Below, piece by piece: positions 26,408 to 35,440 of a stretch of DNA of 64,000 bases. The notes under the pieces were generated by a model, which ran no database searches, was not told where the DNA came from, and saw nothing but the letters and a program-made list of their open reading frames with translations. The DNA is from a bacterium (lineage in GTDB: Bacteria; Bacillota; Clostridia; Christensenellales; CAG-138), in the NCBI GenBank assembly GCA_022778545.1, contig JALFDW010000039.1:33216-97215 (forward strand), written 5' to 3'. Within the stretch, counting starts at the first letter, position 1, and each line of letters starts with the position of its first letter. A program made the translations under genes and the position numbers.

Positions 26408-27021
26408 GCGGAGAGAGTTCCCCGCGCATCCCCCGGCGTATACAGCACGCGGATCAGTTCATCAATCTCATGAATTCCAGCCTGCGCAAACACAAGCTCC
26501 GTCAGCAGCGTTTGTTGGGCGCGGCCATCCTGCGCGCGCGCCACTGCGGAAAGAATATCCCTGCCGATGGCATACCCGCTGCCCTCATCGTCAATCTTAT
26601 AGCCTCTTCCGCCCGCGCGCGCGGTCATACCCTCCGCATTCCGGCCAAAGCAGATGGAGCCCGTGCCGGAAATGAGCACGGCACCCGCCGCTGCGCCATG
26701 CGCCGCATAGAGGGCGGCAGCCTGATCGCCCACGAGCCTGTATGGGCCCTCATAGCCGCATGAACGGATCATCTGCTCCAATGCAGAATAAAACGCGGCA
26801 TTGCTGACGCCGGCACAGCCGATGGAGAGCATACGGCAATCCCCGCTTTGCGCAAGCACCATCTCCACCACGCCGCGCATGCTTTCGGCAACTTCTTCCG
26901 CGGGCCTGCTGTTCCTGTTCAGCGAACCGAATAACCGCCTGCCGATGATGTTGCCCGAAAGATCCATCAGCACGCATTCCGTTTTCGTTCCGCCGCCGTC
27001 AACACCCGCAACAAATTCCAT
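26110..27021 (-). CDS. BadF/BadG/BcrA/BcrD-type ATPase; MurNAc/GlcNAc kinase (MurK-like) candidate
   Basis: 303 aa. GVDGGGTKT phosphate-1 motif. Immediately downstream of murQ (1-nt gap). Confidence 0.75.
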   Translation of the reverse strand: MEFVAGVDGGGTKTECVLMDLSGNIIGRRLFGSLNRNSRPAEEVAESMRGVVEMVLAQSGDCRMLSIGCAGVSNAAFYSALEQMIRSCGYEGPYRLVGDQAAALYAAHGAAAGAVLISGTGSICFGRNAEGMTARAGGRGYKIDDEGSGYAIGRDILSAVARAQDGRAQQTLLTELVFAQAGIHEIDELIRVLYTPGDARGTLSAYAALLPEAVERGDVAACAICEKAVEELCLLASAVLEQLGLKAERIALSGGVLKNMACVAGGVKTRLKARYPELRVFPLETSAAEGAARMALDALRKNA

Positions 27022-27022
27022 G

Positions 27023-27850
27023 TTAACCCTTCCGTTCCGCCGCGGTGCACAAAAGCTCCAAAGCCCGGTCTACGCGCATGTCCGAACGCACAAGCGCGTC
27101 CTCCGCCGCAGCTTCGCTCACGCCGGCCGTTTCGCACAGGATGCGCACCGCGCGGCCGCGCAGCTTTTCGTTCGTTGCCGCAAGGCTCGTCATCACGCCG
27201 CCCTTTGCATAGCCAAGGCGCACCATCGTCGCCGTGGAGATCATGTTGAGGACGAGTTTCTGCGCCGTGCCGCTCTTCATGCGCGTGGAGCCCGCGATGA
27301 CTTCCGGCCCTACGATGGGCGCAATGCACACATCCACACATGCGCCAAGCCGCGTGCCCGCGTTGTTTACGATCGCCGCAGTGGCAGCGCCAAGGGCCTT
27401 TGCCCGCGTCACCGCGCCGATTACAAAGCGCGCGGAACCGCTCGCGCTGATGCCGATCACAAGGTCATCTTCCCCGATGCCAAGCTCATCCATCAGTGCA
27501 GCACCCGCCTCGGGATCGTCCTCCGCGCCCTCCACGGCGCTGCGCAGCGCAACATCTCCCCCGGCGATGAATCCCTGCACCAGTTTGGGCGAGACGCCGA
27601 AAGTCGGCGGACATTCGCTTGCATCCAGCACGCCAAGCCGGCCGGATGTGCCCGCGCCGACATAGATCACGCGGCCGTTGTGGGCAAGCGCGTTCACGGC
27701 AAGCTCCACCGTTTCCGCAATGCGCGGAAGTTCCGCCTCCACCGCAAGGGGCACCAGCCTGTCCTCCTCGTTCATCAGGCGCAGCAGGGCAGGCGTATCG
27801 TTCGGGTCGATCGCCCCCGTGCGCGGGTTCTTTGTTTCTGTCGTCAGCAT
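27023..27850 (-). CDS. murQ: N-acetylmuramic acid 6-phosphate etherase
   Basis: SIS domain GAGTSGRLGVLDASECPPTFGV. Start ATG 27850 (MLTTETKNPRT) lies directly after the stop of the upstream gene (27855). Confidence 0.88.
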   Translation of the reverse strand: MLTTETKNPRTGAIDPNDTPALLRLMNEEDRLVPLAVEAELPRIAETVELAVNALAHNGRVIYVGAGTSGRLGVLDASECPPTFGVSPKLVQGFIAGGDVALRSAVEGAEDDPEAGAALMDELGIGEDDLVIGISASGSARFVIGAVTRAKALGAATAAIVNNAGTRLGACVDVCIAPIVGPEVIAGSTRMKSGTAQKLVLNMISTATMVRLGYAKGGVMTSLAATNEKLRGRAVRILCETAGVSEAAAEDALVRSDMRVDRALELLCTAAERKG

Positions 27851-27854
27851 GTCG

Positions 27855-28331
27855 TCAATCCGGTATTCCGTCGCCGTCCATATCCACGAACTGCGGCACA
27901 TCGCCGGGTTCATGGTCGCAGCCGTCATGGTTCATGCCTGCGCCTGCCATGCCGTAGATTTCCTTGCCGGCAAGCCCCTTCTGCGTGCGCTCGCGCTCCA
28001 CGATGTTGGAAAGGAAGCGGCGCACCTTTTCCGGATGCTTGATGCTTTGCAGCTCCACCGTGTGGTGGCTCTGATCCGCGCTGAAGAGCGTGATCGTGCC
28101 CACGCCGAAGAGCTTTTGCCCAAGCGTGCGCACCATTTTAATATCAAGAATGCGGTAAAGCAGGATCTCGTCCGTCTCCGTGCGGAAGAAGCCTCTGCGC
28201 AGGATGAAGCGGTCGTTCGTGACCTCATATACCGTAAAGCTCAGCGGCATGCCGAGGATTCGTTTTCTATCGTGCCACAGCACCGGATCATTTTCGGCTT
28301 CGATCGCCTGGTTTGTTTTTTTCTTTGCCAT
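27855..28331 (-). CDS. Bacterial PH (bPH_2/YdbS-like) domain protein with an acidic tail
   Basis: 158 aa from ATG 28331 (SD GAAGGAGAG). Core FILRRGFFRTETDEILLYRILDIKMVRTLGQKLFGVGTITL is typical of bPH domains. Confidence 0.65.
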   Translation of the reverse strand: MAKKKTNQAIEAENDPVLWHDRKRILGMPLSFTVYEVTNDRFILRRGFFRTETDEILLYRILDIKMVRTLGQKLFGVGTITLFSADQSHHTVELQSIKHPEKVRRFLSNIVERERTQKGLAGKEIYGMAGAGMNHDGCDHEPGDVPQFVDMDGDGIPD

Positions 28332-28387
28332 ATGCGCCTGCTCTCCTTCGTGTTTCATTTTTTGTTGTGTCTGATTATTTTATTGTA

Positions 28388-29167
28388 TCATATGCCGCCG
28401 CTGAATTCCACCGCGGCGCACGCATCCTTCTCAGGATCAAAATCGATCCCGGCACGGCGCGCCTGCACGTGCTGAAACCGACGTTCAATGCGGTAGATCC
28501 TTCCATCCTTGCGGAAGTTTGCGCCCGTCTGCCGGAAGCGGAACGCGATCCCTGCCGCCACGCATTGGGCGCGCAGCGCAAGAATCCATTCGTAATCGCA
28601 GAGGCGCGCCGCACTGCCCGATTCCCCGCCCACGACCACCTGCTCCGCCCACGGCCCAAGGTACGGCGCAAGCGTAATTTCCTCAAGCAGCGGTTCACAG
28701 GCAATGAATTTATGCCGGATGGGCGCTTCCCGAAAGACCGGGATTCGCCGATCCGCCATGGCCTGGTTTTCTACCGTGCAGCCGACGACAACGTTCGGAT
28801 AGCCGTCCTCCCAGTCCGGCGGAACACATGCAGAAAGGCGCTCGATGCGCTTTGTGATAAACAGGAACATGAGGTCGCTCCGCTCACGCATCATCGCCCA
28901 TGCCTCCGGCCGCCACGCGTCCGCATCCTCAAGAAGAAAATCCGACGTGAAGCAGGTGTATACCATCGTGCCGGGCGCAAGCTTATATGCCCCGCCGCGC
29001 GCACGGCGCAGAGGCAGGGAAAAGTCGCCCGTTTTTCTTACGATGGAAGCATCCCGTTCATGCCGCGCATCCATGCGGTATACATAGCAGTTCAGGCAGC
29101 CCGGGGAAAGCTTGTGGCAGCCATGCCAGGGGTTCCATCCGGCTTCCAGCGTGTTTTCACCCTTCAT
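28388..29167 (-). CDS. DUF5131 / phage Gp37-Gp68 family protein (three-Cys motif)
   Basis: 259 aa. The N-terminal WNPWHGCHKLSPGCLNCY is the family signature. Confidence 0.75.
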   Translation of the reverse strand: MKGENTLEAGWNPWHGCHKLSPGCLNCYVYRMDARHERDASIVRKTGDFSLPLRRARGGAYKLAPGTMVYTCFTSDFLLEDADAWRPEAWAMMRERSDLMFLFITKRIERLSACVPPDWEDGYPNVVVGCTVENQAMADRRIPVFREAPIRHKFIACEPLLEEITLAPYLGPWAEQVVVGGESGSAARLCDYEWILALRAQCVAAGIAFRFRQTGANFRKDGRIYRIERRFQHVQARRAGIDFDPEKDACAAVEFSGGI

Positions 29168-29231
29168 TTCCGGTTTACCATATATCGGTTTATTATCCTG
29201 TTATTCCCTTTATTTTTCAGCAAAATCCGCG

Positions 29232-29801
29232 TTATTCGCGCGGACCGATCCCGAGCGCGTCCATCTCGCGCTGCATGCCATGGATCACAAGCTCCATCAC
29301 GTCCGTAAGCTCCATCTGAAGCATGGCGCAGCCCTGCTCGATGACCTCGCGGCTGCATTTTGCGGCAAATTTCTTATCCTTGAACTTCTTTTTGAGGCTC
29401 TTTACTTCGAGGTCGGAAATGCCCGTGGGGCGCATCAGCGACGCGGCCTGCACGATGCCCGTCAGCTCGTCCACGGTGAAAAGGCTCTTTTCCAATTCCG
29501 TCAGCGGCTCAACATCACAGCAAAGGCCATAGCCGTGGGCAAGAATCGCGCGAATGTCCGCTTCGTCCACCCCTTCCGGCTCAAGCAGCTCGCGCGTGTG
29601 CTGCAAATGCTCCTCCGGATACTTTTCATAATCCACATCGTGCAGATATCCCACCGCTTCCCAGTGCGCGCGGTCCGCGCCAAAATGTTCCGCCATTGCG
29701 CCCATCGCGGCGGACACCGCAAGGGCGTGGGTCAACAGATGCGGCTCCTGAACATGCTTTGCAAGGATCGTCTTCGCCTGCTCCATCGTAAGCTTTGCCA
29801 T
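29232..29801 (-). CDS. HD-domain phosphohydrolase
   Basis: 189 aa. H...HD metal motif (HALAVSAA...GYLHDVDY). Confidence 0.7.
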   Translation of the reverse strand: MAKLTMEQAKTILAKHVQEPHLLTHALAVSAAMGAMAEHFGADRAHWEAVGYLHDVDYEKYPEEHLQHTRELLEPEGVDEADIRAILAHGYGLCCDVEPLTELEKSLFTVDELTGIVQAASLMRPTGISDLEVKSLKKKFKDKKFAAKCSREVIEQGCAMLQMELTDVMELVIHGMQREMDALGIGPRE

Positions 29802-29864
29802 CTTTTGTTCCTCGTTTCTCCAACGTATTTTATTTTGTTATTATACTTCGGAATCCGCCGCCGC

Positions 29865-30614
29865 TCAACCATCTCCCGGCATCTTTACGGCTTTGCATGC
29901 GCCGTCCGTCGCCGCGATCAGTTCGGAAACCGTCACAAAGCGGAACCCTTTTGCAACAAGCGCAGGGATGATCGCGTCCATCGCCTCGGCCGTGGAGGCT
30001 TGCTGATCGTGCATGAGGATGACGCAGCCATCCTCCGCCTCCCGGACAACAGCTTGTGCAAGCTCCGCCGCGTTGCGCGGCTTCCAATCGTTGGTGTCGA
30101 CCGTCCAGAGCACGAGCGGATACGGCACATTTTTCCGAACGGCCGTATTGTAAAACCCGTAAGGCGGCCGCACGATCGCAGCAGGATGTCCCAGCACGCG
30201 TTCAAACTCCGCATTCGTTTTGCTGATCTCCTCCGCGCACTGCGCCGCAGAAAGGCGCGTCAGGTCCGCATGGGTGAACGTGTGGTTCCCGATCTCGCAG
30301 CCGAGCGCTTCCATGCGCAGGAGCACCTCCTCCCGCCCCTCCACGCGGCTGCCAAGCACAAAGAACGTGGCACAGACGCCATGCTTTTCCAGCACATCCA
30401 GAATGTGTGTAGTGACCTTCGGGTATGGTCCATCATCAAACGTGAGCGCAAGCAACGGCCCGTTTTCGTTCACGGCAGCAGCGGGCAGTGCCCCGCCCCC
30501 ACTGCTGCCGCGATTGGTCAAAAGGAACAGAAACAGCGAAGCAAGGCAGAGCATTGCGGCTGCCGCCCGGCGGTTTTTTTGCGCATTTTGCGCGTTTTTC
30601 CTCATAATTTCCAT
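29865..30614 (-). CDS. Polysaccharide deacetylase (NodB homology domain), signal-anchored
   Basis: LALTFDDGPY, HGVCATFFVLG and GNHTFTH motifs. N-terminal hydrophobic anchor. Confidence 0.88.
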   Translation of the reverse strand: MEIMRKNAQNAQKNRRAAAAMLCLASLFLFLLTNRGSSGGGALPAAAVNENGPLLALTFDDGPYPKVTTHILDVLEKHGVCATFFVLGSRVEGREEVLLRMEALGCEIGNHTFTHADLTRLSAAQCAEEISKTNAEFERVLGHPAAIVRPPYGFYNTAVRKNVPYPLVLWTVDTNDWKPRNAAELAQAVVREAEDGCVILMHDQQASTAEAMDAIIPALVAKGFRFVTVSELIAATDGACKAVKMPGDG

Positions 30615-30710
30615 GTTTCATGTTTATGCGGCCGCAAAACGCGCTATGCGGCGATTGCAGTACTGCTGGAGCTGTGCTATGATTGCGTTAAGAAAGTGAG
30701 ATGTATTTGT

Positions 30711-31577
30711 ATGTGGATCGCATATGCGTTCGCCTCGGCATTCTTCGCGGGTGTCACTTCCATCCTTGCAAAATGCGGCATACGCAAAACGGATTCCGAT
30801 GTCGCAACCGCCATCCGCACCATCGTAGTGCTGCTTTTTTCCTGGGTGATGGTGTTTCTCGTCGGCTCGCAGACAACGCTCCCTGCGCTGACCGGGAAAA
30901 CCGTGCTTTTCCTCGTGCTCTCCGGCCTTGCCACAGGCGCCTCCTGGCTTTGCTATTTCAGGGCACTCCAGCTTGGCGATGTAAACAAGGTCGTCCCGGT
31001 GGACAAGTCCTCCACCGTGCTGACCATCCTGCTTGCGTTTCTTCTGCTGCATGAAGGGATCACCTGGCCAAAGGCAATAGGCGTCGTAGCTATTGCCGTG
31101 GGAACCTGGCTCATGATCCAGAAAAAGGAAAACGCGGAGCAGAAAACCGAAAAGAAGGGCTGGTTCCTTTACGCCGCGCTTTCCGCCATCTTCGCAAGCC
31201 TCACGGCGATCCTCGGCAAGCTCGGCATTGCAGAGGTGGAATCCAACCTCGGCACGGCGCTGCGCACCGGCGTTGTGCTCCTCATGGCGTGGGTCGTCGT
31301 ATTCGCAAAGGGGAAGGGCAGCTCCCTCCGGGAAGTTCCCCGGAACGAGCTTGGTTTCATCTGCCTTTCCGGCATCGCAACGGGCGCTTCCTGGCTTTGC
31401 TATTACAAAGCGCTGCAGGACGGGCTTGCAAGCATTGTCGTGCCCATCGACAAGCTGAGCATCCTCGTTACGATCGCGTTCTCCTATTTTGCGCTGCATG
31501 AACGGCTCTCCAAAAAAGCCGCGCTGGGACTTCTCTTCATCGTTGCGGGCACGCTCGCGATGCTGATTCAGGTATAA
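30711..31577 (+). CDS. EamA/DMT family transporter
   Basis: 288 aa from ATG 30711. Two EamA repeats and about 10 TM helices. The 29112-30710 part of the ORF is a shadow frame antisense to three real genes. Confidence 0.85.
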   Translation: MWIAYAFASAFFAGVTSILAKCGIRKTDSDVATAIRTIVVLLFSWVMVFLVGSQTTLPALTGKTVLFLVLSGLATGASWLCYFRALQLGDVNKVVPVDKSSTVLTILLAFLLLHEGITWPKAIGVVAIAVGTWLMIQKKENAEQKTEKKGWFLYAALSAIFASLTAILGKLGIAEVESNLGTALRTGVVLLMAWVVVFAKGKGSSLREVPRNELGFICLSGIATGASWLCYYKALQDGLASIVVPIDKLSILVTIAFSYFALHERLSKKAALGLLFIVAGTLAMLIQV

Positions 31578-31594
31578 ATGCTGATTAAAGTATA

Positions 31595-31936
31595 ATGGCA
31601 AGAAAGATAATGCGGCGCACAAAACGCGGAGGCGGTTCCTTCCTGCTCTGCCTCCTGCTGAATCTGTTCCTGAACTTTGAATGGTCCATCCCCGCATGGA
31701 TCCTTTTGGTGCTCCACTTCATCTTCGGCCTTTCCCTCTGGTATTTTTACGGAGGGCTTGCGCTTTGGCTCATCGCTACGCTCGTGAGCACCCTCATTTT
31801 TTCCTGCATCGCCGGTGCGGAAGCTCCGCGGCCGCCGCAGGAAAATAAAAACCCTTATTCTCCGAAAAACGAGCTGCTTTTCCCGAACAAGCAGCGCCAA
31901 GGCCAACCGGACCCCCCTCATGACGAAGCAAAGTAA
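31595..31936 (+). CDS. Hypothetical small membrane protein
   Basis: 113 aa with 2-3 hydrophobic helices. No clear SD. Confidence 0.4.
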   Translation: MARKIMRRTKRGGGSFLLCLLLNLFLNFEWSIPAWILLVLHFIFGLSLWYFYGGLALWLIATLVSTLIFSCIAGAEAPRPPQENKNPYSPKNELLFPNKQRQGQPDPPHDEAK

Positions 31937-32190
31937 GGCGCACAGCCGGTCAGCTTTCTGCTTTTGAGGAGCAATACAACGACCCTTTATCCATTATGGA
32001 GGCAGGCTCTTGTCCTGCTTCTTTTTTATTAGGGAGCATTTTCCATCTGGCTCACATGTCAATTTTAAAGCAAATACTTTATTATTCTGCGATATCATCC
32101 GTTATTTGCTCGTTTTTTGTGCTGTTTTGCTTTACTCCCCTGTGTTTATCCATTATAATGAAAGCATCAATCTATCACGGAGGAAAAGCC

Positions 32191-34431
32191 ATGTATCGAA
32201 GATCATCTATGCTGGCCTTGCTGCTTGCACTGCTTTTGGTGTTTTCAGCATGCGCAGCGACCCCGGCCGCTCCGGAAACACCCGCCGTTTCGCCGGATAC
32301 CTCAACACCGGCTCCCACGCCCGAACCGGAAGTGGAGGACGAAGGCCATATGCTCTATGAAGAAGTGCCTTCAAAATACCAGTATGGCGTTTATGTGAAC
32401 ATGAACACCGCAACCGGCGATGTGCTGACCGATTATTCCGTAGCGCTCAACAATTTTGCTGACCGTGATGCCTATGTCTTCTATTCTGAGCTCGGATTGG
32501 TTCATGTGCAGGAGACGCTCTCCGCGCTCGATGCGGCAGGGCTTGAAGCGCTCTCCGCTGAAGGCAAGGCGCTGAAGATCCGCACCAATGACGGTTTCCA
32601 CCCGCTGAGCGCAGAGCTCGTCAGCCTGGAAGGGCACGCCTTCAACCCGGAAGAAAAGGACGTGTTCTATTATATCTACGCTGCCTATGCGGGCAATGAA
32701 GGCATTGAAGTTGAAAAGGCTGCCCGCTTCCTCACTCCGAAAGATGGCCCGGAAGCACTTGCGCAGTACAGCGCTTCCGAAATTGGAGCGATCGTCCCCG
32801 CGGGCGGCGCGACTTCGATGTTCGCAGAATCCTCCAGCTACTCCCCCGGTTATGTGGATGCGCTGGTTCAGGGCGCACGCGAAGCCGGCGTTGAAACGCC
32901 CCGCGTTGCGGTGATTGAGACCACCGTGGGCACGGAAGATGAGATGTACAACGACATGTTCCTGCCGGATGGGGACTATGCCTCCTTTTCCGACACGCTG
33001 CGCGCCCGCGGCATGGAACCGGTCTACATCCCGCTCGGCATCGACAACTACCAGCATGTGCAGAACACGAAATACTTTGCCGACCTGATCCGCAGCTGCC
33101 ACATCGTGTTCTTTACGGGCGGCGACCAGGCTTATTATGGCCTTGCGCTCGCCAACCCGAACGGCACGCTCTCCCTCGTTGCGGAAGCGATCGTGGACGT
33201 CCTTGAAAACGGCGGCACGCTGGGCGGAAGCAGCGCAGGCGCAGCCGCAATGTCCGGCATGGTGCTCACAAACGGCGCGAGCGGCTCCTATCAGCCGCTG
33301 TACTGGAACCAGGCCGAGACTGTTGACGTCTGCTCCTATACCTCCGAAACGGTAGCCGACAACGATACCGTAAACGAAGGCAACAACATGGTCTATAAGA
33401 GCATCGGCTTTGTTGCGCCCGTGCTCGGCCAGGATATCCTTCTTGACACCCACGTGGACGCACGCGGCCGCATCGGAAGGTTGATCGCCGGCCTGCGGGA
33501 CACGAACCCCACGGGCCTTGCCATCGGCATTGACGAGACCGCAGGCATCCGCATCGACGGCAGCACAAAGACCGGCACCGCATTCGGTTCGAGCGGCGTG
33601 TATATCATCGATGCTGCAAACGCCGTTTGGGGCGAAGCCGGAACGGAAGGCGCTTTCAGCGTGACAGGGCTCGTCCTCCATTACCTGACTGTGGGCGACC
33701 GCTACGATTTCTCCACCGGCACGGTCATCCCCGCGGAGGGCAAAACCGAGATCGTTCCGACGGGCGAACCGTACATCACCGAGGATCTTTTCGGCACGGA
33801 TGAAACCGGCACGACGATCCTCTCCTTCGCGCACAGCGCCGCGCAAAGCGTTTCCGCGGAAGTCGCAAATACCATGACGCAGCCCTTCCTTTCCGGAAAT
33901 CTGTACACCTTCACGTTCGAGAAGACCGCCGACACGAAGTGCTATGCTTCCACCGAGCTCTTCCCGAACCCGAAGTATTTCGGCAGCTTCCTGCAGACCA
34001 CCGTAGCCGGGCTCCAGGTCACCATCGCAAACGGTCCGAGCAAGTTTGACCCCAACGCAGGCGGCGATTTCGCACCGCTGTCCGCCGCTGGCGAGGACAA
34101 CGGCTATGCCGTGGGCATCACCTTCTCCGGCCCGATCAGCATCGGCTATGAGGGCAACAACAAGTACTTCCTCGACTGCGAAGAGCCGGACAACATCCCC
34201 GATGATTACGTTGCTGTGTTCGATGCAAGCGGTGCGCCCAAGGCGCAGGACCGCGTCTATACCTTCCGCGTAGACAATGAGAACACATTGCGCATCGTGC
34301 TCGATGAGGATGTTTACTTTGCCGAAGGCGATACCATTCTGGTCAAGACGGGCATCACGAGCCTCTACGGCACGCAGCTTGCCGAGGAAGCCACATTCCG
34401 CCTTGTGAACGGCCAGTGGGTCATGGAGTAA
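32191..34431 (+). CDS. Lipoprotein with a cyanophycinase-like (peptidase S51) domain and extra N- and C-terminal domains
   Basis: ATG 32191 with GGAGGA 7 nt upstream. Lipobox LLVFSAC. S51 motifs FFTGGDQ, GGSSAGAAAM (Ser nucleophile) and LDTHVDARGRIGRL. Confidence 0.75.
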   Translation: MYRRSSMLALLLALLLVFSACAATPAAPETPAVSPDTSTPAPTPEPEVEDEGHMLYEEVPSKYQYGVYVNMNTATGDVLTDYSVALNNFADRDAYVFYSELGLVHVQETLSALDAAGLEALSAEGKALKIRTNDGFHPLSAELVSLEGHAFNPEEKDVFYYIYAAYAGNEGIEVEKAARFLTPKDGPEALAQYSASEIGAIVPAGGATSMFAESSSYSPGYVDALVQGAREAGVETPRVAVIETTVGTEDEMYNDMFLPDGDYASFSDTLRARGMEPVYIPLGIDNYQHVQNTKYFADLIRSCHIVFFTGGDQAYYGLALANPNGTLSLVAEAIVDVLENGGTLGGSSAGAAAMSGMVLTNGASGSYQPLYWNQAETVDVCSYTSETVADNDTVNEGNNMVYKSIGFVAPVLGQDILLDTHVDARGRIGRLIAGLRDTNPTGLAIGIDETAGIRIDGSTKTGTAFGSSGVYIIDAANAVWGEAGTEGAFSVTGLVLHYLTVGDRYDFSTGTVIPAEGKTEIVPTGEPYITEDLFGTDETGTTILSFAHSAAQSVSAEVANTMTQPFLSGNLYTFTFEKTADTKCYASTELFPNPKYFGSFLQTTVAGLQVTIANGPSKFDPNAGGDFAPLSAAGEDNGYAVGITFSGPISIGYEGNNKYFLDCEEPDNIPDDYVAVFDASGAPKAQDRVYTFRVDNENTLRIVLDEDVYFAEGDTILVKTGITSLYGTQLAEEATFRLVNGQWVME

Positions 34432-34461
34432 GCGGCTTTTCAAAAAGCATAAACATCAAAG

Positions 34462-34496
34462 ATGGGGCGCGCCGAAAGGCGCGCCCCATATGTTTT
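34462..34496. terminator. Bidirectional terminator
   Basis: 12-bp stem ATGGGGCGCGCC/GGCGCGCCCCAT, GAAA loop, T-tract. Confidence 0.8.
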
Positions 34497-34506
34497 AGTG
34501 TTTTCC

Positions 34507-35415
34507 TTAGAACTTGAAGTTCTTGATGATGTCCACGATCTCCGCGCCAACACGCTTCTGCGCTTCCGCAGTCTGCGCACCGATGTGCGGCGTGCAGGAG
34601 ACGGTCGGGAAGTTGAGCAGTTCGCTGTTCTTCGGCGGCTCCTCGGCGAACACGTCAAGGCCCGCGCCGCGCAGCTTGCCGGACTTGAGCGCCGCAAGCA
34701 GAGCAGCCTCGTCCACGTTGTTGCCGCGGGAGGTGTTGATGAGCACCGCGCCATCCTTCATCTTGGCGATAGTCTCCTCGTTGATGAGGGGCTTGCCGTC
34801 GATGCTCGGCGTGTGGAGGGAGATGAAGTCGGAATTGGCGAGCAGTTCATCCATTTCAACGTACTTCATGTTCTCGTTCTCCAGCCCTTCCACCTTGAAG
34901 ATGTCGTAAGCGAGCACCTTCATGCCAAGTGCCTGCGCCTTCTGGCCGAGCGCCTGGCCGATGCGGCCATAGCCGATGACGCCAAGGGTGCGGCCGGAAA
35001 GCTCGATGCCCTTGTACGCCTTCTTCTCCCACTTGCCTTCGCGCATGGTGTGGCCGGCAGCGGAGATGTAGCGCGCCACGGAGAACATGTGCGCAAGAGC
35101 AAGCTCCGCCACGGTGTTGCTGGACGCGCGGGGCGTGTTGCGCACGGCGATACCGTTCTCCTCGGCGTATTTCACGTCGATATTGTCCACGCCGACGCCG
35201 CCGCGGATGACGAGCTTCAGCCTGCCCGTTTCCTTCGCCGCATCGATGATCGGTACGCGCACCTTGGTGGCGCTGCGCACGACGAGCACATCGTACTGTT
35301 TGACCTGCTCCGCCAGCTCAGCGGGCTCATAGAACTGTTCGACGACCTCGTGGCCTTCCGCCTGAAGCGCCGCGATCGCGGATTTGTCCATTCCGTCGGA
35401 TGCAAGAATACGCAT
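34507..35415 (-). CDS. serA: D-3-phosphoglycerate dehydrogenase (short form) / D-2-hydroxyacid dehydrogenase
   Basis: 302 aa. NAD motif LGVIGYGRIGQALG. Directly downstream of serC. Confidence 0.8.
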   Translation of the reverse strand: MRILASDGMDKSAIAALQAEGHEVVEQFYEPAELAEQVKQYDVLVVRSATKVRVPIIDAAKETGRLKLVIRGGVGVDNIDVKYAEENGIAVRNTPRASSNTVAELALAHMFSVARYISAAGHTMREGKWEKKAYKGIELSGRTLGVIGYGRIGQALGQKAQALGMKVLAYDIFKVEGLENENMKYVEMDELLANSDFISLHTPSIDGKPLINEETIAKMKDGAVLINTSRGNNVDEAALLAALKSGKLRGAGLDVFAEEPPKNSELLNFPTVSCTPHIGAQTAEAQKRVGAEIVDIIKNFKF

Positions 35416-35440
35416 GGTCTTCCTCCTGATTTCTGTCGTT

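Noticed and set aside
28388-29167. A possible prophage or mobile element, because of the Gp37/Gp68-family gene.
   Set aside because: No integrase, capsid, terminase, tail or repeat boundaries lie nearby. The flanking genes are ordinary metabolic genes on the same strand.
29112-30710. The 5' 1.6 kb of the 821-aa ORF 29112..31577.
   Set aside because: Only the last 288 codons (from ATG 30711) look like an EamA transporter. The upstream part is antisense to the DUF5131, HD and deacetylase genes.
31996-32190. N-terminal extension of the lipoprotein ORF (MEAGSCPASF...).
   Set aside because: It covers a terminator hairpin and AT-rich promoter DNA. ATG 32191 has a GGAGGA SD and is followed by a canonical signal peptide and lipobox.
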